Origin: Scyliorhinus canicula
Taxonomy: Eukaryota
Assembly: GCF_902713615.1 (NCBI RefSeq)
Contig: NC_052147.1
Span: 48,283,549 to 48,347,548, forward strand
Length of the DNA: 64,000 bases
Direction of reading: 5' to 3'
Part shown: positions 26,490 to 38,971 of the stretch, piece by piece
Layout of the letters: each line of letters opens with the position of its first letter
Numbering within the stretch: position 1 is the stretch's first letter
Notes under the pieces: model-generated
Databases searched by the model: none
What the model was told of the DNA's origin: nothing
Seen by the model: the letters and a program-made list of their open reading frames with translations, nothing else
Program-made: the position numbers and the translations under genes

Positions 26490-27700
26490 ATACTATAACA
26501 AAAGTAAAATATCATGAATACTGGACATCTGGAAAGAAGATGCTGGCAACAATCAACAGCTTAGGCAGTACCAATGGAAGGAGAAACGGTAACATTTCAA
26601 ATCAATGGACATTCTCCCAATGTCTGTGTGGGTCTCACCCCCAAAATCCCAAAGACGTGAAGGGTAGGTAGGCAGATTAGTCATGCTAAATTGCCCCTTA
26701 ATTGAAAAATATAATTGGGCACCCTTCATGATAGCTGACAGGGCCCTTGTCCATGTTAATGCCACTTCCTGCTTTTCAACCTTCACCCCTTCCTCTCCCT
26801 CTCTGAAGCACGATAGTGGCCCCGTTGTCCTCACCTTCCATTCAGGGATCATCCTCTGCCACCTTCAGTGCAATGCCGTCACCGCCAAAATATATCTCCC
26901 CCCCAACCCCACCTTTCACCATTCCAAAGGGATTTTGTTCTTGCTCCCTAGTCCATTTTTCTATCTCTCAAGTATATTTACATGCAAGAGCAAGAGGTGC
27001 TCTTCCAGAGTGATCTCTTTGCTAACCACCTCAGTTTGACACCAAACTTCTGGTCACTGGCCATTTTACATCTTCATTCCATTCTGAACTTTCTATCCTT
27101 AGCTTCCCACACTGTTCCAATGAAGCTCAATATAAGTTTGAGGAGCAACACCCCATTTTTCTACTTGCCACTTTACAGCCTTAACATTGGATCTCAGCCA
27201 CTGCTCCCATTCTCTGAGACAACATGATTAGATTCAGAGGATGCCTGCACCAGAGCCAGTGGAGATATGAGTTAATGTTTGGGTGATGATCTCCCACTGG
27301 AACATGGCCATCATGGTGGTCTGTCCCTTGAGATTTTTCTGTCTTTCTGAAGTGGCCTTCCTGACTGCAGCTTGCCCGTCAGTTTGCCACATTTTCCAGA
27401 GTTTCCCACTCCTTCCCGCTCTGCTAGTCTCCTATTTACATCATCTCAGAATCCATCTCCTCTCTTTTCTTGACACCATTTGAATTCCATTATGCCTTGT
27501 ACCATAATCCATTTATTTATTTACTCTTACCCTCCATCCCATTGACCTTTCCTTTTAACTTCTTCCCCATTCCTTTAGTTCAGTAATTGAGTTAAAAATA
27601 GTTCATCTCTACCTTTTTTCAGTTCTGATGAAAGGGCATTGACCTGAAAGGTTTCCCTCTCCTGACCTGCTATGTGTTTTCAGCAGTTTGTTTTCTCAAA
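26490..27700 (+). mobile_element. Degenerate Penelope-like element with inverted terminal repeat pieces
   Basis: PVVLTFH and LEEQHxIF-like remnants of the C-terminal/GIY-YIG region; hammerhead-like core at 27625-27649; carries a V-SINE fragment at about 26610-26720. Confidence 0.65.
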
Positions 27701-29493
27701 TAGTGTTTGGTTCTGCTCACCAAGAGATAACAAAGATCAAAGTTCTGGAAATAGTGTAGGGAAGAGTCATGAGGTGTCAAGAGAACTGTGTTTTATGAGT
27801 AAAGATTAGAAAACCTTGGACTCTTCAGTTCTGAAGGAGGCAAATAAGAGGTGTCTCTATAGAGGTATACATGATACTAAGTGAAATAGAAAGGATAAAC
27901 TGACAATTATTTCAAGTTATGTGACAACTGCAGGAAAAGAAAGATGTGCAGCTGTATTGCAATTGTCACAACCACTGGGTATCTCAAAGTGCTTTACAGC
28001 CAATGAAGTATTGTTGAAGTGTATGTTGTAACGGTAAAAACATGGCAACCAACTTGTGCACAGCATGCTTCCACAAACAGGAATGTTATAGTGACTAGAT
28101 AATCTTTTTGTGATGTTGATGCAGGGGGAAACTTCCTGGGCACCAGGGATAACTTCCCTGCTCTTAGTTCCATGGAATCTTTATCTCTGAGAAAGCAGTT
28201 GAGAACTCTTTACGTATCTCATCTGAAAGACCGCACTTCCAGTCAGGCAACACTCCCGCGGTACTACAGTGGAGCCCAAACTTAATTTTTGTATTCAAGT
28301 CCTGAAATTTGAACCTGAAACTTTCTGACTTGGGAGGCAAGAGTGCTACCAACTGAGCTGCAGCTAACATTGACAAAACAAGGATAAAGCAGTAAAAGGA
28401 AAAGGTTTAGACTGATGTTCGGAAGCACTTCTCCACTGGAAGAAAAATTATTGCACCTCAAGCTATGATATTGGAGGCAGAAACTCAAAGCAAATCAAGA
28501 AATGTTAGATTTTTGGGGAAATGCAGAAAGAGAAGCAGGGCATAGGTCAGTGCAGAGGTATGGAGTTCCATAGGAAGAGCCAGATCAGCTAAGAAAAAAG
28601 ACTTGCATTTATATAGTCATTCCAACAGCCACCGGACAACTCAAAGCACTTTACAGCCAATGAATTACTTTTAAGGTGTAGTCACTGTTGTAAATGTAGG
28701 AAATGTGGAAACCAATGCTGGCTCAGCAAACTCCCACACAAACAGCAATGTGATAATGACCAGATAATTTGTTTTTTTGTGATGTGATTAAGGGATGAAT
28801 ATTGGCCAAGGCACCAAAGCCAATCCCCTGATTTTCAAAACTAGTGCCATTGGCTCTTTTATATCCACCTGGGGCCTGGGTTTAATGTTTCATCCGAAAG
28901 ACAGCAGGTCCAACAGTGCAGTACTCCCTCTATCCTGCACTGGAGCACAGCCTCAATTCTAGTGCTCAAGCCCTGGAGTGGGACTTGAACTTTGTTGTTC
29001 AGTGTGCTATCAAATGAGTCACGGCTGACATCATACAAATCTCCTAATCTGTAGTTCTAGTTGCGATCTTTGTGAAAATGCAGGCAGGTTGCATACATTT
29101 TATAAAACATACAAGAGGTCCAGTGTGCTTTATTATAGGAGTTACATTGTTAGCCAACTGATCATAATTGAATATCACCACAATTGTAGGTTTTGGTAGG
29201 GTGCTCTTTCCAAGGGCCGGTGCAGACTCGATAGGCCGAATGGCCTCCTTCTGCACTGTAGATTCTATAGTAAAGAGTTAATATCAACTCCATTGGCAAT
29301 TCTGGGGTGCAGAATACAGGTTATGACTTTCATTCAATGGATCCCTTTAAGGTTATTGCTCAAGTACTGCTGTTAGAGGTCAGTAATTGCAAGACTCCAA
29401 GCAGTCCAAATTTAATTTGTAGGCAAACAGACAGATAGGTGCATAACCATAATTTAAAGTGATGTTTGCGTACACTTATCCAAAGAATCCCTA

Positions 29494-29738
29494 CAGTGCA
29501 GGAGGTGCCACTGACACGGAAAACATATTCTACCTACGTCCACTGCCCCGCCCTAATCGTAACCCTGCACACTGATCATGGCTAACCCACCTAACCTGCA
29601 CATCTTTCGACTGTGGGAGGAAACTGGAGCAATCAGAGGAAACCCACACAGCACCGGGAGAACGTGCAATCTCCACACAGTCACCCAAGGCCAGAATTGA
29701 ACCTGGTTCCCTGGCAGCAGTGCTAACCACTGCAGCCC
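29494..29738 (-). mobile_element. V-SINE with CR1-type tail
   Basis: Head and body similarity to the other copies. Confidence 0.78.
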
Positions 29739-30439
29739 CACTTCTATCTACAACACCTTACTTTTTATTATCAACTTTTCCCATCAGTGTGTTAATCTAT
29801 AGAAACTGCTTATATAAATTTGCCACAGAAATTATATCCTCCCAACCGCTACGGTACCACAGATTTAATTTTGCTCCCAGCTCTTTCATCCATAGAATAA
29901 TTTGGTCCAATGTGCCTGCCCTCTGAAAGAGTTACCAATTATCTCACTCCCTCCCTGCTCTTTCCTCAGAAATATGCAATTTTTCCTCTTTTTAAGTGGA
30001 GACCAAATTCCCTTCTGAAAGCGGAGTCTGCTTGCATACACTCATCGTTACAGGTTGCTGAGTAAAATAAATTCTCATCTCCCCTTTTTAAAAATATATT
30101 TTAAAAACTCCTGCGCTCCAAATAATTCTTTTTTTAAATAAATTTGGAAACTACAGCAACATTCCATTATTTGCTGGCATTAACTATGGATTAAAATAAA
30201 ACACCTACAAGTCCCAAGAACATATCCGCATGAAGTAGATCTGCTGAAAATAGAAGGATATCGTACAAGTTTCTGCCAGGCCATTTTCATTATTTGTAAA
30301 GTTTTCTATCAGTTTGGCATCATAGAACATAGCAAATACAGCACAGACAGATTTGTGTATTCGTAAATGATACTAGACATAAATTAAGATGTCTATGTAT
30401 GAAGGACATAACGTTTATATAGCGATCATAAGACTCAAA

Positions 30440-31590
30440 AATAGAAGTTGGCCATTCGGCCCATGAAGCCTGTTCCACCATTCAATACAATCTTATAAGT
30501 TAGTACTCGGCCCCTTGAGAATGCTCTGCCATTTAATATCATGGCTGATCTAATTGTAACCTCAACTGCAGATTCTGCCTAGCCCCAATAGCTTCCTATC
30601 GACATCTGCCTTATTCAAAGACATTGGTTTCGCTTTTTGAGGAAAAGTATTCCAAGACCTATGGCCCTCAGAACTTTTTTTCCTTTATCTGTCTTAAATG
30701 GATGACCCCATAATTTTAAACAGTAACACCTCGTTTTAGATTCTCCCACAAACATCCTTTCTATATCCACCCTGTCAAAACCCCTCAGGATCTTCAATTA
30801 AAATATAAAATAAAAGAGAAGCATATTATCTAAATGGTGAGAGATTGCAGAGTTCCGAGATAGAGGGATCTGGGTGTCCTTGAGCATGAATCACAAGGTG
30901 TGCAGGTACAGCAAGTAATTAGGAAAACTAATAGTGGATTGCAAGGAGAATTGAATACAAAGGAGGGAGGTCTGTACAGTATCGGTTTCATTTAAGGGAG
31001 GATGTTAATGCGATGGAAGCAGTTCAGAGAAGGTTTACCAGACTAATATCTGGAATAGATGGGTTGTCTTACAAGGAAAGATTGGACAGGCTGGACTTGA
31101 ATGTGGTGTCTTCAATGTCCCGTATAATTGAAGCAAAACCTCCCTCCTTTGTATTCAATTCTCCTTGCAATCCACTGTTAGTTTTCCTAATTACTTGCTG
31201 TACCTGCACACCTTGTGATTCAGGCTCAAGGACACCCAGATCCCTCTCTCTCAGAGCTCTGCAATCTCTCACCATTTAGATAATATGCTTCTCTTTTATT
31301 CTCCCTGTCAAAATGGACCATTTCACATTATACTCAATTTGCCAGATCTTTGCCCACTCACTTAATCTATCTATATATTCCTTTCTAGCCTCCATATGCC
31401 CACTTAATGACTTACTTGCCCAACTATCTTGCTGTCATTAGCAAATTTAGCAACCATACCTTCAGCCATGTTATTTATTAAATTATGAAAAGTTGAGACC
31501 CCAGCAATGATCCGTGACACACCACTCATCACATACTGTCAAGAAAAAGACCCATTTATGCCAATTATATTTCCTATTGGCTGACGAATC
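30440..31590 (-). mobile_element. Rearranged CR1 LINE fragment with an internal inversion/inverted duplication
   Basis: KILRGFDRVD and ERDLGVL remnants on minus; VQRRFTRLI remnant on plus. Confidence 0.75.
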
Positions 31591-31748
31591 TTTTAGAATT
31601 GGATTGGATTTGTCTGTTGTCATATGCACCGAGGCACAGTGAAAAGTATTGTTCCGTGTACAGTTCAGACAGATCATTCCATGCATGAAAAGAAAATACA
31701 TAGGGCAAACATAAAATACAAAATGTAAATACATAGACACAGGCAAAT

Positions 31749-32040
31749 GGGTGGCACTGTAGCACAGTGGTTAGCACAGTTGGGTTCAGGTTAGATTCCC
31801 GGCTTGGCTCACTGTCTGTGCGGAGTCTGCACATTCTCTCCATGTCTGCGTGGGTTTCCTCCGGGTGCTCCGGTTTCTTCTCACAAGTCCCGAAAAACAT
31901 GCTGTTAGGTAATATGGACATTCTGAAATCTCCCTCTGTGTACCCGAACATGTGCCAGAGTATGGCTGCTACGGGCTTTTCATAGTAACTTAATTGCAGT
32001 GTTAATGCAAGCCTACTTGTGACAATAAAGATTACAAAAA
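31749..32040 (+). mobile_element. V-SINE with the alternative tail, abutting an inverted Rex1-type 3' end (about 31598-31745)
   Basis: SINE body; the adjacent minus-strand segment matches 59140-59224 and 37375-37530. Confidence 0.78.
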
Positions 32041-33385
32041 AAAATCACTATGAATTAATCCTATTATTGCACAATACCAGGTCTGGTACAGCCTGTTCTC
32101 ATTGCTTTCACCAATGCTCTTATACAGCTGTAACAAGCTTTCCCTACTTTTATACTCAATTCCACTTGCAATAAAGACTAATATTCTATTTTGATTTTCT
32201 AATTACTTGCTGTATCTACATGCTACCATATTGTGAAATATTCTGCCAGCCAAAGTGAATACATTCATTCACATTATATACCATCTGCCAATGTTTTGCC
32301 CACTCCTTCCACTTATCTTTATCCCTTTGCATCCTCCCTACAATGTGCTATCATCAGATATAATATTTAAAGTTTCACATATCAAACAAAAACTGGCATG
32401 TCAGTCTACTAGTCACTATATCACTGCATTCCAGAGTCTGCTGTGTACAAACTATTTCCCTTCAATACATGAGCCCCATTTTCATTGGCTGTGAAGAGCT
32501 TTGGAACACAAGGTTGTGAAAAGTACCATTATCAATTATCATCAATGCACATTATTTATTTTCTTTCGAGGAATTTATTTTGTGAGAAATGGTCACATGG
32601 CCATATATTTCAACGAGAGCTCTGGCAGCGATCTAGGGGGAAGGCTTAATCAAGCAGAGAGATTTTTAGTGGAGCGAGAAAGTATTTTGCTTTTGGAGTT
32701 GAAACCAAGGCGGTTAGCAGAAAGCTGCGTGGATCTATTTACTTCAGAAAAGTCTAAAATCAGAGACGGGGGATTTGCTTAAAATAACGAGGAAGCAAGA
32801 ACATGTGTATGTATAAGATTTCAATTAGACAAATTCGGAAGAACCAGTGAGCGTGTATAAATTAGAGAAGATTAAATATGAAAACATTTCTGCCAAAAGC
32901 GTTCCACCGAGAATGGTGGAAATCGTGGTAAACAAAAGGTGAAATACGAAGTAACACGATTAATGCTGGGCTGCGGGGTTAGAAATAAAATTGTCAGTTT
33001 GTTAATCTACCTAGGTTGGCTAATAAACGTTTGCCTCTCCCAGACTAGATGACTGATGGGAATGAGGTTAGAAAACGCGCGTTATTGTGTGACCTGGCGC
33101 AGACGGGATGGGCCAGCTAAATTAGGACGTGTCAGTGCAGTAAAAGGCCCTGGGACTTTATTTGCTCTCGCGCGGCCCAGCGCGCCCGCTCAGGCCTGAG
33201 ATTTGAGCTCAGTGTCAGCCCCGGCAGGCACACAGGCCAGACCGGCTCACCTACCGGGAATGCGGACCGAAAACGGCTTCCAAACAAACCCCGGAGGGGG
33301 CGGTGGGCCAGGGGACACGAGTTCGCTCCCACCCCTCCCCGATGAAAACTGCACAAGCTCTTGTGCGAGACTCAATCACACTCAC

Positions 33386-33500
33386 CGTCAAGCGACCAGG
33401 CCCGACACCGTCGATCCAAGCGCATGTGCTAATTTCACCGGAAGGTGCGCGCAGCCGACACCGCGACTGTCCTCGGACTGCTTCGCGACAGGAAACGACG
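33386..33500 (-). other. BAG5: Putative non-coding exon 1 of BAG5 (5' boundary unknown)
   Basis: Consensus minus-strand donor ACG|GTGAGT (intron starts at 33385) inside the CpG island. BAG5 is known to have a non-coding first exon. A second candidate donor, G|GTGAGC, is at 33251/33250. Confidence 0.6.
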
Positions 33501-33576
33501 TCGGTTGCCTCACTGCCGTAAACTGTGCCGGACCTGGCGAGGACGGTGGTGTCATTTTTTCTCTCTCGCGCGCGCG

Positions 33577-33747
33577 ATGAGCTGCTGTTCCCGGCCTCAG
33601 CTGTCGTGTCTCGGCAAGCTGTTGTGGGGGGGAGTAAGACGCAGTGCTCGGGTCACGGCAGCTGAAGCAGACAGATGCGCTGTGTTGTCAGGAAGGTGCT
33701 GTCCATTCTCCAACAGTGCCGCTGATCAAAGTGAAAATGGTGCCGAG
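33577..33747 (+). CDS. COA8: Cytochrome c oxidase assembly factor 8 (APOPT1), exon 1: Arg/Ser-rich mitochondrial presequence-like region
   Basis: ATG at 33577; 57 codons MSCCSRPQLSCLGKLLWGGVRRSARV...ENGAE; donor GAG|GTAAAC in phase 0, matching exon 2. Confidence 0.75.
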
Positions 33748-34321
33748 GTAAACGAGAAATCTTCCCACCATCTTCCAGTCTCCAGGTGTAACTACCACCA
33801 TCGGTTGAAGCTTATTAGCCCCCGGAATCTGGAATCTGGTCCTTTCTATCTAAAATGCATGAAATATTGTACTACCTTTACATGGCCAATTTTAATAGGA
33901 TAACTTTGACAAGCTTTGTAACTTTGACATCTGGACTCGAAAAGTTAGCATTTTCCTCACCCTCCAGATCCTGCCAGACCTGCTGAGATTTTCCAGTATT
34001 TTCTCTTTGGTTTAATAGGATAAGGCAGGATTAAATCTACATCAGCGCAGTGGAATTCAATCAAAAGGGAAACGAGTGAGTACAGGGCTAACTTGTTCCC
34101 GTAAAGCGAAGGGTGGAAGCAACAAGCCCAGGGAATCCTGGATCTCAAGGTATAGTCAGGTTGGATAAGGAAAAAAAAAAGAGGCCTATGGCAGATACCG
34201 AGGGCTCGAAACAGCAGACGTTCTGGTGGAGTGTAGAAAAAAAATCTTTATTGTCCCAAGTTAGGCTTACATTAACACTGCGATGAAGTGTTATTGTGTG
34301 ACCATTCCAGTGCCTGTTCGA

Positions 34322-36735
34322 CGCCCAGTGTTCCTTGTTCTCCCTCACAATCCCTTGCCACTCCACTGACCCTCTGAGGGCCATCTCTAAGGAATCAATC
34401 ACCAGCGCGAACAGCAGTGGCAACAATGGACACCCCTGCCTCATTCCCCTGTGCAGTCTAAAACTCAGTGAACTCATGATGTTTGTGTTTTTTTACGCAC
34501 ACTTACCACCAGGGATGCATACAAATGACGCACCCACGCCACTAACTTCGGCCCAAAGCTTCCCAAAATTTCAACAAGTCCCTCCACTCCATCCGGTCAA
34601 AGGCCTTCTCCACATCCATAGAAATAATAACCTCCGGCCCCCTGAAGGAGTCATAACCACATTTAACGCCTCCTGATATTGCTGGAGAGCTGTCTGCACT
34701 TTAGAAAACCTGTTTAATCCTCGGTAACCACCCCTGGCAAACCTCCCTCCATCTTCCCCGCCAACATTTTAGCCAGTATTTTCATGTTCCTATTCAACGA
34801 AATGGGCCTGCACAACCCACACTCCAGCGGATCCTTCCCCTTCTTCGGGATTAGGGTAATCAACGTCTGAGTCAACATCTCTGGCAACTCCCCCTTCTCC
34901 AACACCCCACTAAACATCCCAACAAATGAGGTGCCAACTCTGCTAAGAAATGCCTTCTAAAACACCATCGAGAAGCTGTCTGGCCCCAGGGCCTTCCCCG
35001 ACTGCATTCCCCTGATACTATCTATCACCTCCCTCAGCTCCTCCAACACCTGCCTCTTCCCTTCCTCGAACTTTGGGAACTCCAACTTGTCCAAAAACCG
35101 TCCCATAACTCCTTCCTCTCGCTCGGCTCTATACAACTTCTCATCCCCTTGAGCACCTCATTTATCCTCCCTGGCTCTGGCACCACCTCACCTTTCTCTG
35201 TCCGCACCCGTAGAATTTCCCTAGACGCTGCCTGCCTCCGTAGCTGGTGGGACAGCATATGACTCGCTCCTTACTCGAACTGCACCCTCCTTGCCCTCCG
35301 TAATTGCCCCACCACCTTTCCCATGGTCAACCTATCAAACTGCCCCCCGCAACCTCTTCCTCTCTGCCAACAACTTGGTGGGAGCCCCCGAGTATTTCCT
35401 GTCCACCGTGACTATATTGCCCAGCAACCGTCCATGCTCCACCCTCCTCCTGTCCCTGTGTGCCTTGAACAAGATAATCTCCCCCTGTGTCTGCATGGGT
35501 CTCACTCCACAACCCAAAGTTGTGCAGGGTAGGTGGATTGGCTATGTTAAAGGCCCCTTAATTGGAAAAACAAATTAGTGGGTACTCTAATAAAATTAAA
35601 AAAGAACAAGATTATCTCCCCTTGAACCACCGCCTTCAACACCTCCCAGAATGTGGCTGTCGACACCTTCCCATTCTGATTAAGCTCCAAATCATTTCTA
35701 ATCGCCAACCTCACCTTTTCACAAAACCCCTATCTGCCAAGAGATCTAAAGCCAACCTCCACCCCAACCTCTGCACCTGCCCCGAGCTAAGCCTCACCTC
35801 CAGCCAATGTGGCGCATGATCCAAAATCACTATGTCGCCCCCATCAGCACTACCCGACTTACCACAAAGAATTCAATTCTAGAGTACACCATGTACACGT
35901 GCAAGAAGAAGGAATACCTCTCCTCGAGTTCCTGAACCTCCACGGATTAACTGTTCCCATATGTTCCATAAACCCTCTCAACTCCTTCGCCATCCTCGAC
36001 CTTCCCATTGACTTGGGGCTTGACCTGTTCACCTTTGGCTCCGTCACACAATTAAAATCTCCACCCATAATCAGTTGGTGCATATCCACGTCCAGAATCA
36101 TTCTCACTAACCCTTTTACAAACCCTACATCATCCCAATTGGGCGCATATACGTTGACTAGCGCTACCGGCGTCCCCTCCAGCACCGTACTCACTATCAC
36201 ATATCTTCCTCAACCGGGTCTCGCACTTCCCTGGCCCCACGAACACCATCTTTTATTTAACAAAATGGCCACGCACCGCGACTTCGAATCAAACCCCAAG
36301 TGAAATACTTGTCCCACCCATCCCTTCCTCAACCTAACCTTAGTCCTCACCCAGAGGTGTGTCTCCTGCAGAAAAATCACCTCTGCTTTCAAACTCCTCA
36401 GGTGTGGAAAACCCCAGGACCTCTTAACCGCCGGCCCATTGCATGTTCCATGGCACGAGTCTTACCGGAGGCTTACGCCTCCATTCTCCACTACCATTCG
36501 CCATCGTCCCCCACCAGTTCTACCTCATCAATGCTGCACTAAACCAGGCGCATCTAAGATGGCCCCCTCTCTGCCCATGATCAAACTCAGCCTCCAACTC
36601 TGCCATGTTGCAGTGCCCCCCACACGCCCACATCCTGGCTGCCTCTCACGACCTCCTCCCCCACCTCACCTCTGTTCACCAGCATTACTTGCTAGCGTGG
36701 CAACTCCCGCTCGAAAGTTTACCCCCCTGCACACT
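34322..36735 (-). mobile_element. L1-clade LINE ORF2 fragment (endonuclease to reverse transcriptase) in COA8 intron 1
   Basis: IFLQETHL, NVYAPN, GGDFNCV, LIPKKGKDPLECG, RGMRQGCPLLPLLFAL. Confidence 0.88.
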
Positions 36736-36744
36736 CCTTGATCT

Positions 36745-37252
36745 TTGCTTTTCCCGATATATTTCAATGATTTAGACCGTGGTGTACGGGATACAATTTC
36801 AAAATATTTGGATGATGTAAAGATTGGAAGCATTGGGAACTATGAGGAGGGTAATGTAGAACTTCAAAAGGACATAGACGGGTTGTTGGAATGGGTGGAC
36901 AAGTGGCAGATGAAGTTCAATGCAGAGAAATGTGAAGTGATTAATTTTGGTCACAAGTGCATAGTGAGACAATATAAATAAAGGGTACAATTCTAAAGTG
37001 GGTGCAGGAACAGAGGGCCCTGCCACATTGAAGGTGCAGGACTGATTGAGAGAGCTGTTAATAAAGCATGCAGTGTTCTCAGTTTTATTTATGGAGACAC
37101 AGAGTACAAAAGCAAAGAGGTTATGTTGAACTTGATTACGACACGAGTTTGGCCTCAGCATCAGTGTTAGCATCCAGTTCTGAGTGACGCACTTTCGGAA
37201 GAAAGTAAATGCATTGGAGAGAATGCAGAAAAGAGTCACAAGAATGGTTCCA
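36745..37252 (+). mobile_element. CR1 reverse transcriptase fragment
   Basis: ISKYLDDVKIG...LQKDID...WQMKFNAEKCEV. Confidence 0.8.
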
Positions 37253-37967
37253 ATTTATTCACAGATTGTAAAGATTGCCACTTTATAATTCAGTAGTCAA
37301 ATTCTTCATGTTTAGATAATTTGTTCAATTCTTCAAAAGTTTCAATTCTTTCAGGCATAAATGTATCCTGTATGCTTCACCCGATGCCTGTGTCTATGTA
37401 TTTACATTGTGTATTTTATGTGTGCCCTATTGTGTATTTTCTTTTCATGTACGGAATGATCTGCTTGAGCTGCACCCAGAACAATACTTTTCACTGTACC
37501 TCGGTACACGTGATGATAAACCAATCCAATAATTGTATACTCAAAATGTTATTACCTAGCAAAACAGGGTTGACAAAATCTTCTATTTGTACCATTTATA
37601 AGTTAAAACAGCCACTAGCTAATTGCTTGGACAGCTCTACTACTCCTATCTTCTTGGATAGTGTGACTGAAACCAACCTTCTTGCACTAATAAGCTCAAG
37701 TTTCCTAAAGTGACAAAATGTAAGCAGACCAGGTTGTTGAATGCAGGATCCCCAATCTACACTCATTGCTCCGCCACCCCATTTGAACCAATCAACTTTC
37801 AGTTGTTACCTGACCATGTTCTGGCAGGAGCTGATGACAGTGTATATTAATACAATAAAAATAAAATTAATTTTTATTCAGTTTCTTTCCTATCTGGTTG
37901 CCGTGCCTCCAAAGTGCGACTTTGGTTTGCTGTCAACGTTTCAGGCTCAGTCTAAATTCACATGTCA

Positions 37968-38170
37968 AGGGCGGCACAGTGGTTAGCATTGCTGCCTACG
38001 GCGCTGAGGACCTGGGTCACTGTCCGTGTAGAGTTTGCACATTCTCCCCGTGTTTGCGTGGGTTTCACCCCCACAACCCAAAGATGTGCAGGGTAGGCGG
38101 ATTGGCCACGCTAAATTGCCCCTTAATTGGAAAAAATAATTGGGTACTCTAAATTTTTTTAAAATAAATA
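37968..38170 (+). mobile_element. V-SINE/HE1-like SINE
   Basis: TSD taaattcac(a/g)tgtca on both sides. Confidence 0.87.
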
Positions 38171-38773
38171 AATAAATTCACGTGTCAGTTTGAGTTAAAA
38201 TACGTTAAGTCTTCTAATTCAAATTTCAGTACATTGTTGTTGTATCTACCAGGCTATTAGCAACTATGCAAATACTATTTTTAAGCTGTTTCAATTTTGT
38301 TGAAAAAAAGAAAACCACAAATAATTGCCGATAACCTTGGTTTGTCGAAACCCCATGAAAACTGTCACCACTCTGCAGCCACACAGCAGACAAAAATCAA
38401 ATCATCTGTGATCACCCACAACAGTGCCACGAGAACATCTTTCGTACTGATTTCAGTCTACGTTTTTGCTTGGCAAGTTTCTTGTATTTAGCATGGTGGA
38501 AAAGTTCTGGACTTCATGCGATTTACCTAAATTGACTGTGTACACTTCCTACACAAAAGAACATATTCTTCATTTCTGGTATCAGCTTGTAGCCACATAT
38601 TCAAGTGTCCAATATGAAATATGGAAGAATGTCAGTTTCCAGACAAACGTTCATGAAATGTGTATTGTGGCTGCACTGTACATGGGTGGTCTTACAGGCT
38701 GAGCTATTTTAACTCTAATTTTAAGAAAAATGCTAATTCTTTATTACCTAATCTGAAATGATTTTTTTTTCAG

Positions 38774-38971
38774 ATTTCAAATTTTCAACCTCCTGCAGAC
38801 TCGCACCATGACTGGGTTGGCCCGCCTGATAGATTTTCAAACCTAAGACCTATAAAGTTTTATTCACTAAAGAATGAATCTAAACTGAAACAGCAGCTGA
38901 GGAAATTGAGGATAGACACACAGAATTGGAATCAGAAATTTTGGACTGATCAGAACATAATTTTCAACAAG
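38774..38971 (+). CDS. COA8: COA8 exon 2 (198 bp)
   Basis: Acceptor tttttttttcAG, donor AAG|GTGGGT. Translates [66 protein letters not shown], with the COA8 motif DWxGPPDxxSNLRP. Confidence 0.95.

Larger units (their letters stand above)
33000..33830. promoter_or_regulatory. CpG island / bidirectional promoter of BAG5 and COA8
   Basis: CpG-dense, non-repetitive segment in a CpG-depleted background. NRF1-like GCGCATGTGC at 33420-33429, ETS-like CCGGAAG at 33438-33444, and a TCTCGCGCGCGCGA tract running into the COA8 ATG. Confidence 0.8.

Noticed and set aside
33445-33903. 152-aa ORF in the track as a stand-alone gene
   Set aside because: It starts at a GTG and is COA8 exon 1 read through into the intron.
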